64,000 bases of DNA from Octopus sinensis (lineage: Eukaryota), in NCBI RefSeq assembly GCF_006345805.1, contig NC_043001.1, forward strand, positions 92,132,001-92,196,000, written 5' to 3'. Shown here one piece after another: positions 51,566-64,000 of this stretch; within the stretch, counting starts at the first letter, position 1, and each line of letters opens with the position of its first letter. The notes under the pieces were generated by a model. It worked only from the letters and a program-made list of their open reading frames with translations. It made no database searches and was not told where the DNA came from. Made by a program: the position numbers and the translations under genes.

Positions 51566-52493
51566 CACGTATGTATACATATACACACACACATATGTAT
51601 ATATGTATATCTATCTATGTATATATATGTGTGTGTGTATATATGCATGCGTGTATGCGTGTGTTTATACATGTACCTATCTATCCATCCGTACACACAC
51701 GCACGCACGCTCGCACGCATACTCGCACGCACACGCACTTATACAGCTAACGTAGTATTCAGCCATTTTACAGAACCTATTACAGCAATAAATTGTGTCA
51801 TCTCCCGTCTTGAGAAATACAAGGATGGGAAAACAATGGTATGGCTACGGCTTGATCACTTTTCTCCAGGCGTCAGCATCAATGCTCTCACCATTAAAAA
51901 TTATATTCACCTGGACATCGTTAAATAGAAAACCTGACAGGAGCAATATTTATGGGGTTGCTTGGTTACCTAAAAGTTTCAGCCAAAAATCTCCTTAAAT
52001 ACTTCCGCTATATCATCTTGAATTTTGTTAGAGGATGCAGTCCCAGATATAGACTCTTTAAAAATTAAACGTAATGGGCACGGCTGGATGGTCCTCAGAT
52101 CATATATCTTCTTAAACTAGATTTACATGGGATTAAATTTCAATGACAGCTAGGTGGCCTGGGCTTGTCGGTAGTAAATGCATTACTATGATGTACATAT
52201 AACCTCAGTAATATTTGATTATAAAGTTTTAAAGTTTTAATCATTTATCTCGTCATTTGGCGTACCGACTACTGTGCTTTCGCATAAATTGACAACGAAG
52301 TCCTTAAGAGATTACATGACTTTCATGCATTCCTCCAGTAACATAAGTCATAAATTGGTTTTATACTTCGAGCCACACAAAACGTTATGTATTAAGATGT
52401 GCTTTCGTACATTTCGATAATGCGTGTGAAAACGTATATAGTTGTGTTTTTGTACGCATGTGTCCAGTACTATATGGTGTGTGTGTGTGTATG

Positions 52494-52535
<42 letters not shown>

Positions 52536-52909
52536 TGTATTTGTGTGTGTGTGTGTGTGTGTGTGTTTATGTACATGTGCGATTTCGGAGGCAAATATAG
52601 AAAGATCTGCTTTATTAACATAATGTATATATGATTGCTCACTTTTCGTCTTTGTGTCTAACAATGTGTAAAAGTGGACGTATTAAGATGCATGCATTCA
52701 AGTGAGTTAATGACTGCTTAGTTGCGTATAAATGGGTGTGAATGCCTGTGTGTGTGTATGAAAATGTGTTATATGTGTGTGAGCGTGCTAGTGTGTGCGT
52801 GAAATACGTCTTTCTAGATGGGATCGACTATATCCGGACGCAACGTTTCATTTCATAATGTTTGTGTAAGCGCACGTGTATGTGTATGTGTGCGTGTGTG
52901 CGTGAGTAC

Positions 52910-52941
<32 letters not shown>

Positions 52942-54066
52942 ATTACTGCGTGCATGTATCTTTGTGTCTTTGCTATAAGTCTTTTAAGTACATAGGCATT
53001 CATACATGTTCACACCCACACCATACTCAGCACTCACCTACACTCAAACACACGCACACACACACAAACACACACACACTCACGCACATCAAATCCACGC
53101 ATACATACACACACGCACCGTCCAATTTATATACACACAAACACATCTCCCGCCACACACATGCACACAACATATACATACATATACACACAGACACACA
53201 CACACACATACAAACATATATAAAAAATATCTATATCTATATATATCTATATATAAATATATATATACATATATATTTACTGGCTTTTAAGTGTTAGCAC
53301 GAGTGCAAAGGAGTGTGAGTATGTATATTTATGTAAGCACTTCTAATGAGCAAGATTCAAAACTGAAATTTATCCTGTGAAGGTTCAGAGGAGCAGCGAT
53401 CCGAACCTTCAAAAACACACACACAAAAAAGAAAAAATTGACACCTGTTATTACTATAACACAAAATATACGTTAAAGGTACTCACAAAGATATATCAAA
53501 GAACACACCCCCTATATTTCTCTCTCCCTCTCTTACATATACGCATACGTAGGTTTATGTATATAAATATATATTTATATATGCAACAATGCCACAATAA
53601 AATACCTTTTGAAACCGAATTAGACTTCAAGAGACGCGGCATCATAGCACATATGTTGAAAATATTGAACCCTTGCTGATTTGGCAATATTTAAATTCTG
53701 ATCAAGCATATCAATGATGTGGATATAATTATTATCAGCAGATACAGGACATACGAGTACCACATTTCACAGCCAGACCGTGTAAATTATCTCCCCTTGG
53801 ATTTATATAGTAATCAGTACTTCAATGTACATTGTCTATCAGACAGCCATCCTATGAAACAAGACTCTTTTTTGAGTGACTGTAATTAACAATTTCACTT
53901 TTAATTGTTGATTTGGGTCGAAGAAGAGTCGAAGAAGAGTGTAAGAAGATAAATATAACGGATTGTGATTACTATAAAACTGAAGAGGAATGTTCAAGAC
54001 ATTTGCCATGAGAGCAAAAGGTAATGTATAGCATACTAGCATACATACATATATGCATATATATAT

Positions 54067-54125
<59 letters not shown>

Positions 54126-54128
54126 ATA

Positions 54129-54159
<31 letters not shown>

Positions 54160-54484
54160 ATATATAATATATATATATATATATAATATATATATATATA
54201 CATACATATACACATACACACATGCATATATATATAATATATATATATATATATACATACATATATATAAATATATACGTTTTATTAATTATTTTGTTCA
54301 TTACTTAATCATTGTTTTATGTTTTATCTTATATTTAATCTTTTTCTAAATGGTATAATTTCAATTTTCATTATTGAATTGTTGAAAGGTGGTTTTTTTT
54401 TCTAATTTATATTATATTTTGTGAAATTTGATTTAGTATTTCTAAACTGAATTTTTCCCTGTAAGTTTGGAATAATATTCCCTC

Positions 54485-54524
<40 letters not shown>

Positions 54525-54527
<3 letters not shown>

Positions 54528-54632
54528 AAGAATTTTTTGCGTAATAAGATAAAAACCAAGGCTGTATAAATATTATGCTCTAATATTTATACAGCCTTGG
54601 TTTTTTATCGTATTACGCAAAAAATTCTTATA
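54525..54632. repeat. 108-bp near-perfect palindrome
   Basis: ~51-bp arms, loop TGCTC (54576-54580), one substitution and one indel. Confidence 0.95.
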
Positions 54633-54645
54633 TACACACGAAGAC

Positions 54646-55279
54646 ATAGAACCAACGTTGAACCATTTATTCGCAATATTACCGAATCTGGAATTAACTA
54701 TGGTCTGTCTATAGCACTTATTCAGCGTTACTTGACACCTTTGGGTCTCAATGACACCATTATCTCTTATAACCCCAACTTCTCGCTTCCGTATATATAT
54801 ATATATAAACCACATAAACATATTCTCACACTGATTTCATAATCTATCCTCTATTTATCTGTTTTTCTACTATTATTCTAGGTAATATATTATGTATGTT
54901 TGTTTGTGTGTGTGTGTGTCCACACACATGCGTCCATACATGTACCGCTAACCACTTAATCGCAAGACCATGGGTTCGATTTCAGTGGGGCGCTTTCTGT
55001 CTTTGAGCAAGACACTTGATCACTCATTAAGCAAAAATGAGCAGAGCGTCAAACTCTGAGAGCCAGCCTAGTTACAGTCTGTGTCACGCTGAATCTCTCT
55101 GAGAAATGCGTTAACGGTACGCGTGTTTGTTGAGTGCTCAGCCTCTTGCACATTTGTTTCACCTGCAGACTGTCCCGTTCATCGGATCAAATGAAATACT
55201 TGTCGTCGTAACCGAGAAAGCGCGAGTTAGTTACATACATGAGTGCGTGTATATATATATACATACATACATACATACA

Positions 55280-55313
<34 letters not shown>

Positions 55314-55363
55314 CATACATACATATACATATATATATGTATGTGTGTGTGTGTGTGTATACA

Positions 55364-55395
<32 letters not shown>

Positions 55396-55637
55396 TTGGT
55401 ACAAATATAAGTACACATACATTTTACATGCAGTAATAATAATTAGGAGTATGACTTCTCTGTTGTTTTCAATAATCTGTACTTTCGGATCAACAACTTT
55501 TGGAGTCAATGACTATAGAATAGGTTGCAAGAAGCAACGAAAAAATATTAAGCAAATGAGAAGAAATCGAACCGGTGAGTGTGTTAATTGATAAGGTATT
55601 TAAACAGAATGACTCACTCCAGACACATAATATATAT

Positions 55638-55680
<43 letters not shown>

Positions 55681-56006
55681 TGTGTGTGTGTTTTTGTGTG
55701 TGAAGTAGGCATATGTACCTATACAGAAATATACTTATATGTATCTATGTTTATATATACACAAACACATACATACATGCATACACACATATATGCGTAC
55801 GTATATAACTATATGTATATAGGACTATGCATATACGTTCAAATGTTTATAAAAATTGTAATTTTTTGTTTATCTATATATATTTTTTCCACTACGTTTG
55901 TGTTATAGTACTAATCTTATACGCAAGTATTTGTGTGCGTGTGCGTCAGGGTGCGCCAAACATACATACATACATACATACATACATACATACATACATA
56001 CATACA

Positions 56007-56038
<32 letters not shown>

Positions 56039-56641
56039 CAAGTTTATAAATGATATATAATACTTGATATATATCAGATTATATATGCGTGTGTATGTAT
56101 ACACACGCTAATAGAACCAACGTTGAACCATTTATTTGCAATTTTACTGAATCTGGAACTTAACTATGGTCTGTCTACAGCATTTATTCAGCGTTACCTG
56201 ACACCTTTGGGTCTCAATGACACCATTATCTCTTATAACCTGTATGTAAATGTGTGTGCACGTGCTTATGTGTTTGTGTATGTGTATATACATATACACA
56301 TATATATGCGCGTGTGTATATTTTTACCCAAGCATATCCGTAGTACTATAACACAAACATACTGGAAGGAAATATATATAAATAAACAAAAAAAGTATAA
56401 TTCTTATAAAGATTTGAATGTATATGTATAGTCCTATATACATATAGTTATATATGTACGCATATATGCATGTATGTATGTATGTATGTATGTATGTATG
56501 TATGTATGTATGTATTATGTTGTATGTATGCATGTATGTATGTATGTATGTATGTATGTATGTATGTATGTGTGTGTGGTGTGTATATATATAAACCATA
56601 TATATATATATAATATATAATATATATATATATATAATATA

Positions 56642-56681
<40 letters not shown>

Positions 56682-57000
56682 TATATTTGTATATAGGTAC
56701 CTATGCTTACATTCACACACAAACACACACACCTATGGAATATTAGATCATATAATATTCGAATATATTTTAATATGTTTATTTTGCAAACATACATGCG
56801 TACATACGTACATATGCACCTACACACAGATATGTGTGAATTTGTGTGTGTATATATATATATATACATATACATGGGTATATATGTAAGTACATACGCA
56901 TTCTCACACATATCTGTACATACACGCGGTAATAATAATTCGGAGAATGCTTTCCCGGTTGTTTTTGATAATCTGTACTTTTCGATCAACAAAACAATCG
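54646..57000. repeat. Complex local duplication (direct and inverted blocks)
   Basis: A 54646-54774 = A' 56111-56240; B ~55433-55500 = B' ~56930-57000; C 55676-55925 inverted as C' 56332-56735. Confidence 0.8.
54945..55228 (+). mobile_element. Older SINE with type 2 tail but a different head
   Basis: GGGTTCGATT B box, CTTTGAGCAAGACACTT domain, then tail GTCACGCTGAATCTC...GTCGTCGTAACCGA. Confidence 0.65.
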
Positions 57001-57689
57001 ACTTGTTAATTCAATGGATGGTTAGAATCTATCTAATTTCCGTTTGATGCCTTCAGTGTAAGCCTCAGCTCAAAATACCCCGGCAAAATTAGGGAAAAGA
57101 CTAGACCCTTAAATCACAAATACTATCCTGTTCACACACGTCTAAACATTTCCTGTTGAAATGTGTAGAAGTGAGTTTTCTTTTTTTTTTCAATGAAGAT
57201 GTGAAAGGGAATTCTGATGGACTGATGCTGCAGTTTCGCACTCAGTCCTTGGGTCGAGCTACCTTAATCAGAAAGCGAAATATTCTGAGAAATTATCATT
57301 GTGATAAATGACCCATGATATTTTTCAAGATCTCCGAGAGTGTTTAAGGAAAATATTGAAATCATCCTTTGAATAAAGCCTTGATCAGAAAGTTTGCAAA
57401 AGCGCGGGATTAGCTGAAGTGAAAAAGACCATGATCGTATAAGCTTGAGCGGCAATGTACAGCTCATTCAGCTTCCTTCCCCACAATTTCTCTCCACCCG
57501 ATTTCGTAGCAGAAACTCGATCAATCCGAGGATATAGAGGGAGACATTTGTCCAAGATACTGCGCAATGGGATAGAACTCATAAACCCTTTGTTGTGGAA
57601 CGATCTTTTTAACCACGTGGCCATGAAAGCATCCGTAATAATGTTTTCTGTAATAAACACAAGGCCTAGAATTTTGGGAGAGGGAGTTA

Positions 57690-57800
57690 GTCAACCCCAT
57701 TATTCCCTTGGTACTTATATCGATCCTGAAAGAAAGAAAATCAAAGTCGACCTCTGCGGTATTGCAACTCATAACGTAAAGACGGACGAAATGCCACTAA
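57690..57800 (-). mobile_element. SINE-A, degenerate
   Basis: GGTACTTATATCGATCCTGAAAG...AAAGTCGACCTC. Confidence 0.6.
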
Positions 57801-59284
57801 GGATATCATCCGTATTTCTTCTGTAACGGCATGAGATGCGAAAGAATCCACGACTGTAAAAACATTCTGTTTTAAAAAGTAAGAAAACAGAGAAGGATTG
57901 ATTTATTGATTGTTTACTTACAAATTGTTTATAATGTTTCAACTCGCATATCAACGTATAAAAAAAGCCCTATTGTGGCTACGATTATGGTGAAGTCGTA
58001 CACACACATACACACACACACATACACAAACACATATATACCACACACGTACACACACACACTCATATACACACATATCAGCAGAAAATGTATAATTCGT
58101 AATAATAACCATCTCCGAGTTATCATCAACAATATTTGATCTATCGCTCGTGTCGGGGTCGTTAACTACAAGTCAACATTCCTTGAGCGCGCCTAAAATC
58201 AAGGATGTTCCACCCATGATCATTCCGTCATTCTCTTGAGCTTTGAGTTGGTATGAACCCATCATCCAATGTAACCGTAGTTTATAATTTCAGGAAGATT
58301 TCGTAGCTAACTTTAACAGGTTTAACCCTTATGCAGGGTATCTCTTCGTCGCCAAGTGATTTATAAATGAGGCAGATGTTATCACATTCTATCTGCTGCT
58401 TACACAGAGAACAAACAGCCTTCATCAGAGAGTTAAGCTGTTCGTATCCTCTCATAAGCACTGAGTTTTATATGTGGCTAAAACAATTTATTCTAGATTG
58501 TTTGGGCCATAAATAAAAAAAAAAACGTCTTCTTACTCCATACGTATGCTTCATTCATTCAGCTTGCTCCATATGAAAAAAAATAAATGGGCTTATTAAT
58601 GTAAAGGCAGGGTCAAGAGTTGTATTAACCCTCTGTTAAAATACAAACTCGGCAACAGATATCAACGACACAAGTAATGGTGTTAAAGCCGACTGTGCTC
58701 CCGATGCATTCAGAAAATGAAAAATATTGCTTCGTTATGTTTTAATAAAGACTTCTGCTTTAAAATAACACCAATGTAAAATGTTAACGAAAGAGTAATT
58801 TTTAAGTCTGAGACTTTTACCGAGATTACAAGAGATAAGATGTGAAATGGAAACATGCTTAAAGCAGAATAGAAATTGGTTTGAAAGTAAGGCTTTGTGG
58901 GATTTTAATGTGAAACTTAGGACTTGGGATTACTCATCTAAAATACAGTATGCTAAAAATACTATTTATTCTATATTGTACTGAATTATGATTTAGTATT
59001 CTTAGCACAGATACGTCTTGGATTAAAGGGAAAGGAAGTGGAAATTTGTGACGTCTCAAGCAATTCATAAATTTGCCACCGCACTGTAAAAAAAAAAAAA
59101 TGACTCTGCAGAGTGATCGGAAACGTGGATAGTATGTCTGGTTACCAGATCTGAAAACATTTATTTTACATATAGTGAATTTTAACTAAGAAAATATGTA
59201 AACATTATTATCATGATGAATCCCTAAATAATAAAGTGCTAAATAATTAGTTCTTACAGTTCTATACATAAAAGATAAGGAATT

Positions 59285-59433
59285 ATGTACATTTACTCTA
59301 TTTATATTTGTCTGATATTTGTCCTCATCTTGTTTGTTGTTAATACAACGTTTCAGCTTATATGCCCTCCAGCCTTTACCAGGTGTCTTGGGGACATTTC
59401 GAACCGGGTTCTCATTCCTAGGGTATTATTCGA

Positions 59434-59501
<68 letters not shown>

Positions 59502-59570
59502 CATCATCATTATTCATGTCACTGCCTAGAATTGAACTCGGAATCTTGGGGTTAGTAGCCTGCGCTCTTA
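59285..59570 (-). mobile_element. tRNA-like head + (AAT)n + degenerate-hammerhead tail element
   Basis: Minus strand: TAAGAGCGCAGGCTACTAACCCCAAGATTCCGAGTTCAATTCTAGGCAGTGAC, (AAT)n, then homolog of 51215-51358 with core CUGGUAA. Confidence 0.7.
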
Positions 59571-59605
59571 ACCCCAAGATTCCGTGTTCGATTCTAGGCA
59601 GTGAC
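59518..59605. repeat. Snap-back hairpin of the tRNA-like head
   Basis: 37-bp arms 59518-59554 / 59569-59605, two opposed B-box-like sequences. Confidence 0.9.
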
Positions 59606-59867
59606 TTTGGATATCCTTGTTGCTTATTTTGATTATAATCACCCCATTTGATTGATATGGATAATACCATACCAATTCTGGTGCCTTTACTTAAGTACGA
59701 TATTATTTGAGTCTATACATATGTATATATATATATATATATATTTATATGTTTATATATATATATATATAATATACATACGTATATATGTACATATATA
59801 TATATATGTATTATGAATGTATGTATATATATATATATATATATATAAACATATACAGATATATTAT

Positions 59868-59916
<49 letters not shown>

Positions 59917-60507
59917 TATATGTTTATATGTTTATATATATACATATTATGTACATATATATATGTATTATGAATGTATGTATATACGTAAATATGTATC
60001 TAGTGCATATTATCTGTTTATCTTTTGGTATTATTGTGAATAAGTAGATTGCCGTACTCGTATGGCTTATTAGGGAACATACGGTCATTATTTCATTTGT
60101 GGATTGCATAAACTACTTCTTGGGCAGTGGAAAGACACTGCAGCTGTGCATATTTTAAGTTTTAAAGAATTTACTGGTATCGTGGGTGGCTTTCTTTTTT
60201 TTTTTTTTGTGTTATATACACACACATATATATACATATATATTTACTCGTTTTCATTTCCGCCCCATTGTAATCTCTGGGATTAGGCTTATGATGTTTT
60301 CAAGCAAAAGAGAACCCTTATTTTTTGCCTTTAAATATCTTGTAATAAATATATTTAACATTCTTGTCCATTGGCCGTCTCTCTAGATATGTTCTGGTGC
60401 ATCTGGTGTAGGGCATACGGGTATTACGAGCTTATCCGAAAATGCTATATTTCTCTTTTGATTAAGTATACTCTGTTTATACCCAAGCTGATATATATAT
60501 GTATATA

Positions 60508-60552
<45 letters not shown>

Positions 60553-60576
60553 GTATATTATATATATAATGTTGTG

Positions 60577-60611
<35 letters not shown>

Positions 60612-60799
60612 GTATGTGTGTGTGTGTTTGTGTTTGTGTGTGTTGTGTGTAATAGAATAAGAAATAGAAATGGCTTTTCTGATAATTTTTTCCACTTCTT
60701 TATAAGATGTTTATAAGATATTAGGTGTTTACAAAAGGTAAACACCTAATATCTTTTGAACATCTAATTATTGAAGTGGAAAAATCATCAGTAAAACCA

Positions 60800-60839
<40 letters not shown>

Positions 60840-60974
60840 CGCATGTATGTATGTCTGTATGTATGTATGTATGTATGTATGTATGTATGTATGTATGTAT
60901 GTATGTATGTATGTTTGTATGTATGTATGTATGTTTGTATGTATGTATGTATATATGTATGTATGTAAAGTTAA

Positions 60975-61200
60975 TCCAAACATGAAAACACGAAGAGAAA
61001 ACACAACAACGTGAGGACGTGGAAGAAGTATAGTGTTATTGGACGCTCAGGAAAAGAAAGAAAGAAGGAGGATTTCACATTTCGAGCGGAGCTCTTCGTC
61101 AGAAACATAGGAAAAGGAAAGATCCAAGGAAGGGAAGACGGAGGAAAAAAAATCGCCAACGATACACACGCGGTCGTATGTATTAGAAAACATGGTGAAA
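60975..61200 (-). mobile_element. Short element with degenerate hammerhead (third family)
   Basis: Minus strand 61072-61106: UUU-CUGACGA-A-GAGC(ucc)GCUC-GAAA-UGUG-AAA. Confidence 0.55.
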
Positions 61201-61818
61201 TGTATATTTAGATATTTCGCTGTAATACAGAAAGTTGGAAATGAGATATGAGGGAAAAAGTATGTGTGTGAAAATGCAACGGAGAGAAATACGTCAGCTA
61301 ACTAGATAAGCAAATGCACAGACTGGCAAGCAAACACAGACAAGGGTAAATAGTTAGATATAAAAAACGAAGTAGATAATGCTGTTGCACTTGTGTAGGT
61401 CACAGTAGATCAGATCGAGTAATCTTATGGTATGCAAGTAGTTGAACAAAGGATGAAGCGCAATACACAGATCAAGCTCATCTATTTCTCTATGTGTGTG
61501 TGTGGAAAAGGTTGCATGAGGATTCGTCCTTTAATTGGAGTGGTTTCCAAAAAGATGTCGAACGTTGATTCTTCATACTTTGCTGAGAGTATACTGGTGT
61601 AAATTGGCGTAGATATGAAAAGTATTATTAGTATATTAAGTGTATGATAAATTTATAGAATGAAGTTCTGCAGTTCCAATCATATTTGTCAAAAATGGAG
61701 GCGATAAAATGTTAAAGGTTGTAAGAAGTTTATTCATGCATACAATCATTTCGTACGTAGATAAAAATTCATTTTAGAATTTGCAAATATCTAAGTACTC
61801 ATCAGTGCAGAAAAATAA

Positions 61819-61874
61819 TAGGAACTTAAAACAAGATCAGAGAAGTTGGATCTATGAGTTTCATGTTTACTTAT

Positions 61875-61940
<66 letters not shown>

Positions 61941-61990
61941 AGAAAGAGAGAGATGGAGATACACACAGAGAAAGAAAGAGAACCAGATAG
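61819..61990. repeat. (GA)n microsatellite and purine-rich tract
   Basis: Direct inspection. Confidence 0.9.
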
Positions 61991-62240
61991 ACAGGCACAG
62001 AGAGACAGAGAAAGAGAGAGACTTCTAAAGTCATTTCAGTGTTGACTATCTTTATATCCCATGTTGATGATAGTAATGTAGAAATGCATTCATCGGTCCA
62101 CAGATGTTTTGAAATGACAACAGGTGTTTTAACACCTGTTGGTTAAAGTGAAAATTTTCTCTGCGACAAACCGCAGTGAAAATGGCATTTTTACAGATCA
62201 AATATATGCCAAATATATTTGGAACAATCTAAAAGTTTAC

Positions 62241-62332
62241 ACACAAACACACCCCAGGCACACACTCACACAAACACACCCCAGACAACACTCACACAAA
62301 CACACCCCAGACACACACTCACACAAACATAC
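62241..62332 (+). repeat. 27-bp minisatellite, ~3.4 units
   Basis: ACACAAACACACCCCAG(G/A)CACACACTC repeated. Confidence 0.85.
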
Positions 62333-62608
62333 TTGGACATATATGTGTATACATATATGTGTATACATATATATGTATAGATCAAAACAGTTTGGTTATT
62401 CCTCAACGAGTACCGTAGTGGGTGTCTCTCCATTGTAAACTGTTCGTCAAACGTTTAAGAATGGCGCTCAACGAGTTAGTGGACAAACGAAAGAATGGCA
62501 CTCAACACATTTATTGGGAATAACATGTGCGGATCAAAACTGCTTCTGCTTTGATCCATACATGTAACTCCAAATAAATTGTCGAATGCCCTTCTTTTTT
62601 GTCCACTC

Positions 62609-62659
<51 letters not shown>

Positions 62660-62663
<4 letters not shown>

Positions 62664-62824
62664 CGTAGGTGTGGGTGTGGTGGTGTAGCTTTGCTTACCA
62701 ACCACATGGTTTCGGGTTCAGTCCCACTGCGTGGTACCTTGGGCAAGTGTCTTCTGCAATAGCCCCGGGTCGACCAAAGTCCTGTAAGTGGATTTGGTAG
62801 ACGGAAACTGAAAGAAGCCCGTCG

Positions 62825-62867
<43 letters not shown>

Positions 62868-63076
62868 TTGTATGTATGTATGTATGTATGTATGTATGTA
62901 TGTATGTGTGTGCGTGTATATATGTTTGTGTGTCTATGCTTGTGTGTTTACGTCTCCGTAACCTAGCGGTTCGGCAAAAGAGACCGATAAGTGCTGGGGG
63001 TCGATGTGCTCGACTAAATGTGGTGCTCCACCATGGCCACAGTCAAATGACTGAAACAAGTAAAGGAGCAAAGAGT
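62660..63076 (+). mobile_element. SINE-B full length
   Basis: Consensus match with internal (TA)n(TATG)n. Confidence 0.9.
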
Positions 63077-63082
63077 ATATAG

Positions 63083-63137
<55 letters not shown>

Positions 63138-63834
63138 ATATATATACATATATATAAGTCAACATTTTAATATCTTAAAGCTGATGAATCAACTAATGTG
63201 CTTCTCCATTTTCTAATTGTTATATATACAAACACATATATATATATATATATGTGTGTGTATATATATATATATATGTTTTTGACTGAAGAACGAAGGC
63301 TTTGAATGACCCGTCTGTCTTTTATGTTCGTCCCTTCGTGTATTTCACGTTATTTATTTATGTAAAGGTTTATATATATATATATATATAGTTGCAATGA
63401 ATGTTTGACAGCGACACTTTGATTATTGCCGGCAAACCAAAAGTTTGTAATTACTATCAGTATCCTTTTCCATATAAAATTGAATACGTACTCTACAAAA
63501 GTACTGAGTCATCATCCTTCAGTTTATTTTTAAATTGTTTTTATGTAGCACTTCACTCAATAATACATTAACACACACACACACACACAGAGATACAGAG
63601 AGACATAAACAGACATACATGTATATATGGATATGGTAAAAGAGGGAGAAGAGGGAGAAAAAAATATACGCGAGCATACAATGCGGCATGACTATGCATG
63701 CCATTTACATCTTTAAATATTTATGGGTTGGTCGACTCTGCATCCGTCAAGATAACAAATGTGTTTATTGAAAATACTTTTGTGTTGTAGCTTTGTCTTA
63801 GGCATTTATTTTTCATTAGAATAATCCTTGAAAA

Positions 63835-64000
63835 TTTGGGGGAGGGGACTGGTTGATTACATCGTTCCCTGTATTTAACTGGTACTTGGTTTATCGACCC
63901 CGAAAGGATGAAAAGCAAAGTCGACCGCGGCGGAATTTGAACTCAGAACGTAGCGGCGGGTGAAATACCTATTTCTTTTACTACCCACAAGGAGCTAAAC
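63835..64000 (-). mobile_element. SINE-A multimer fragment
   Basis: GGTACTTGGTTTATCGACCCCGAAAGG...GAACTCAGAACG...GAAATACCTATTTCTTT. Confidence 0.85.

Noticed and set aside
58390-58432. Minus-strand CTGATGA-A-GGCTG...CAGC hammerhead-like motif
   Set aside because: GAAA and the cleavage triplet are missing (reads CAGCAGATAG); at best a dead relic.

Overview
This is eukaryotic, AT-rich, repeat-saturated DNA, very likely from a coleoid cephalopod (Octopus-like). That assignment is inferred from three abundant tRNA-derived SINE families and extreme (TA)n/(CA)n/(TACA)n/(TATC)n microsatellite density. I found no intact host protein-coding gene; most listed ORFs are microsatellite or low-complexity artefacts. 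Real coding remnants are all transposon-derived: a decayed L1/Tx1-type ORF2 (- strand, ~42.6-46.4 kb), two divergent gag/ORF1-like CCHC pseudogenes (40.9-42.3 kb +, 49.8-50.9 kb -), R4/Dong-type REL-LINE fragments, RTE and CR1/L2-group 3' fragments, a decayed full-length mariner and several MITE/foldback elements. The most interesting signal is RNA-level. Several unrelated short repeats carry minimal type I hammerhead ribozyme motifs of the Penelope/retrozyme kind, with two intact cores at 9513-9555 and 51265-51310. One family appears to join a tRNA-like Pol III head, an (AAT)n tract and a hammerhead tail. Snap-back inverted duplications at insertion junctions recur throughout. Family labels SINE-A/B/C/D are my working names. 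Coordinates of degenerate copies are approximate.
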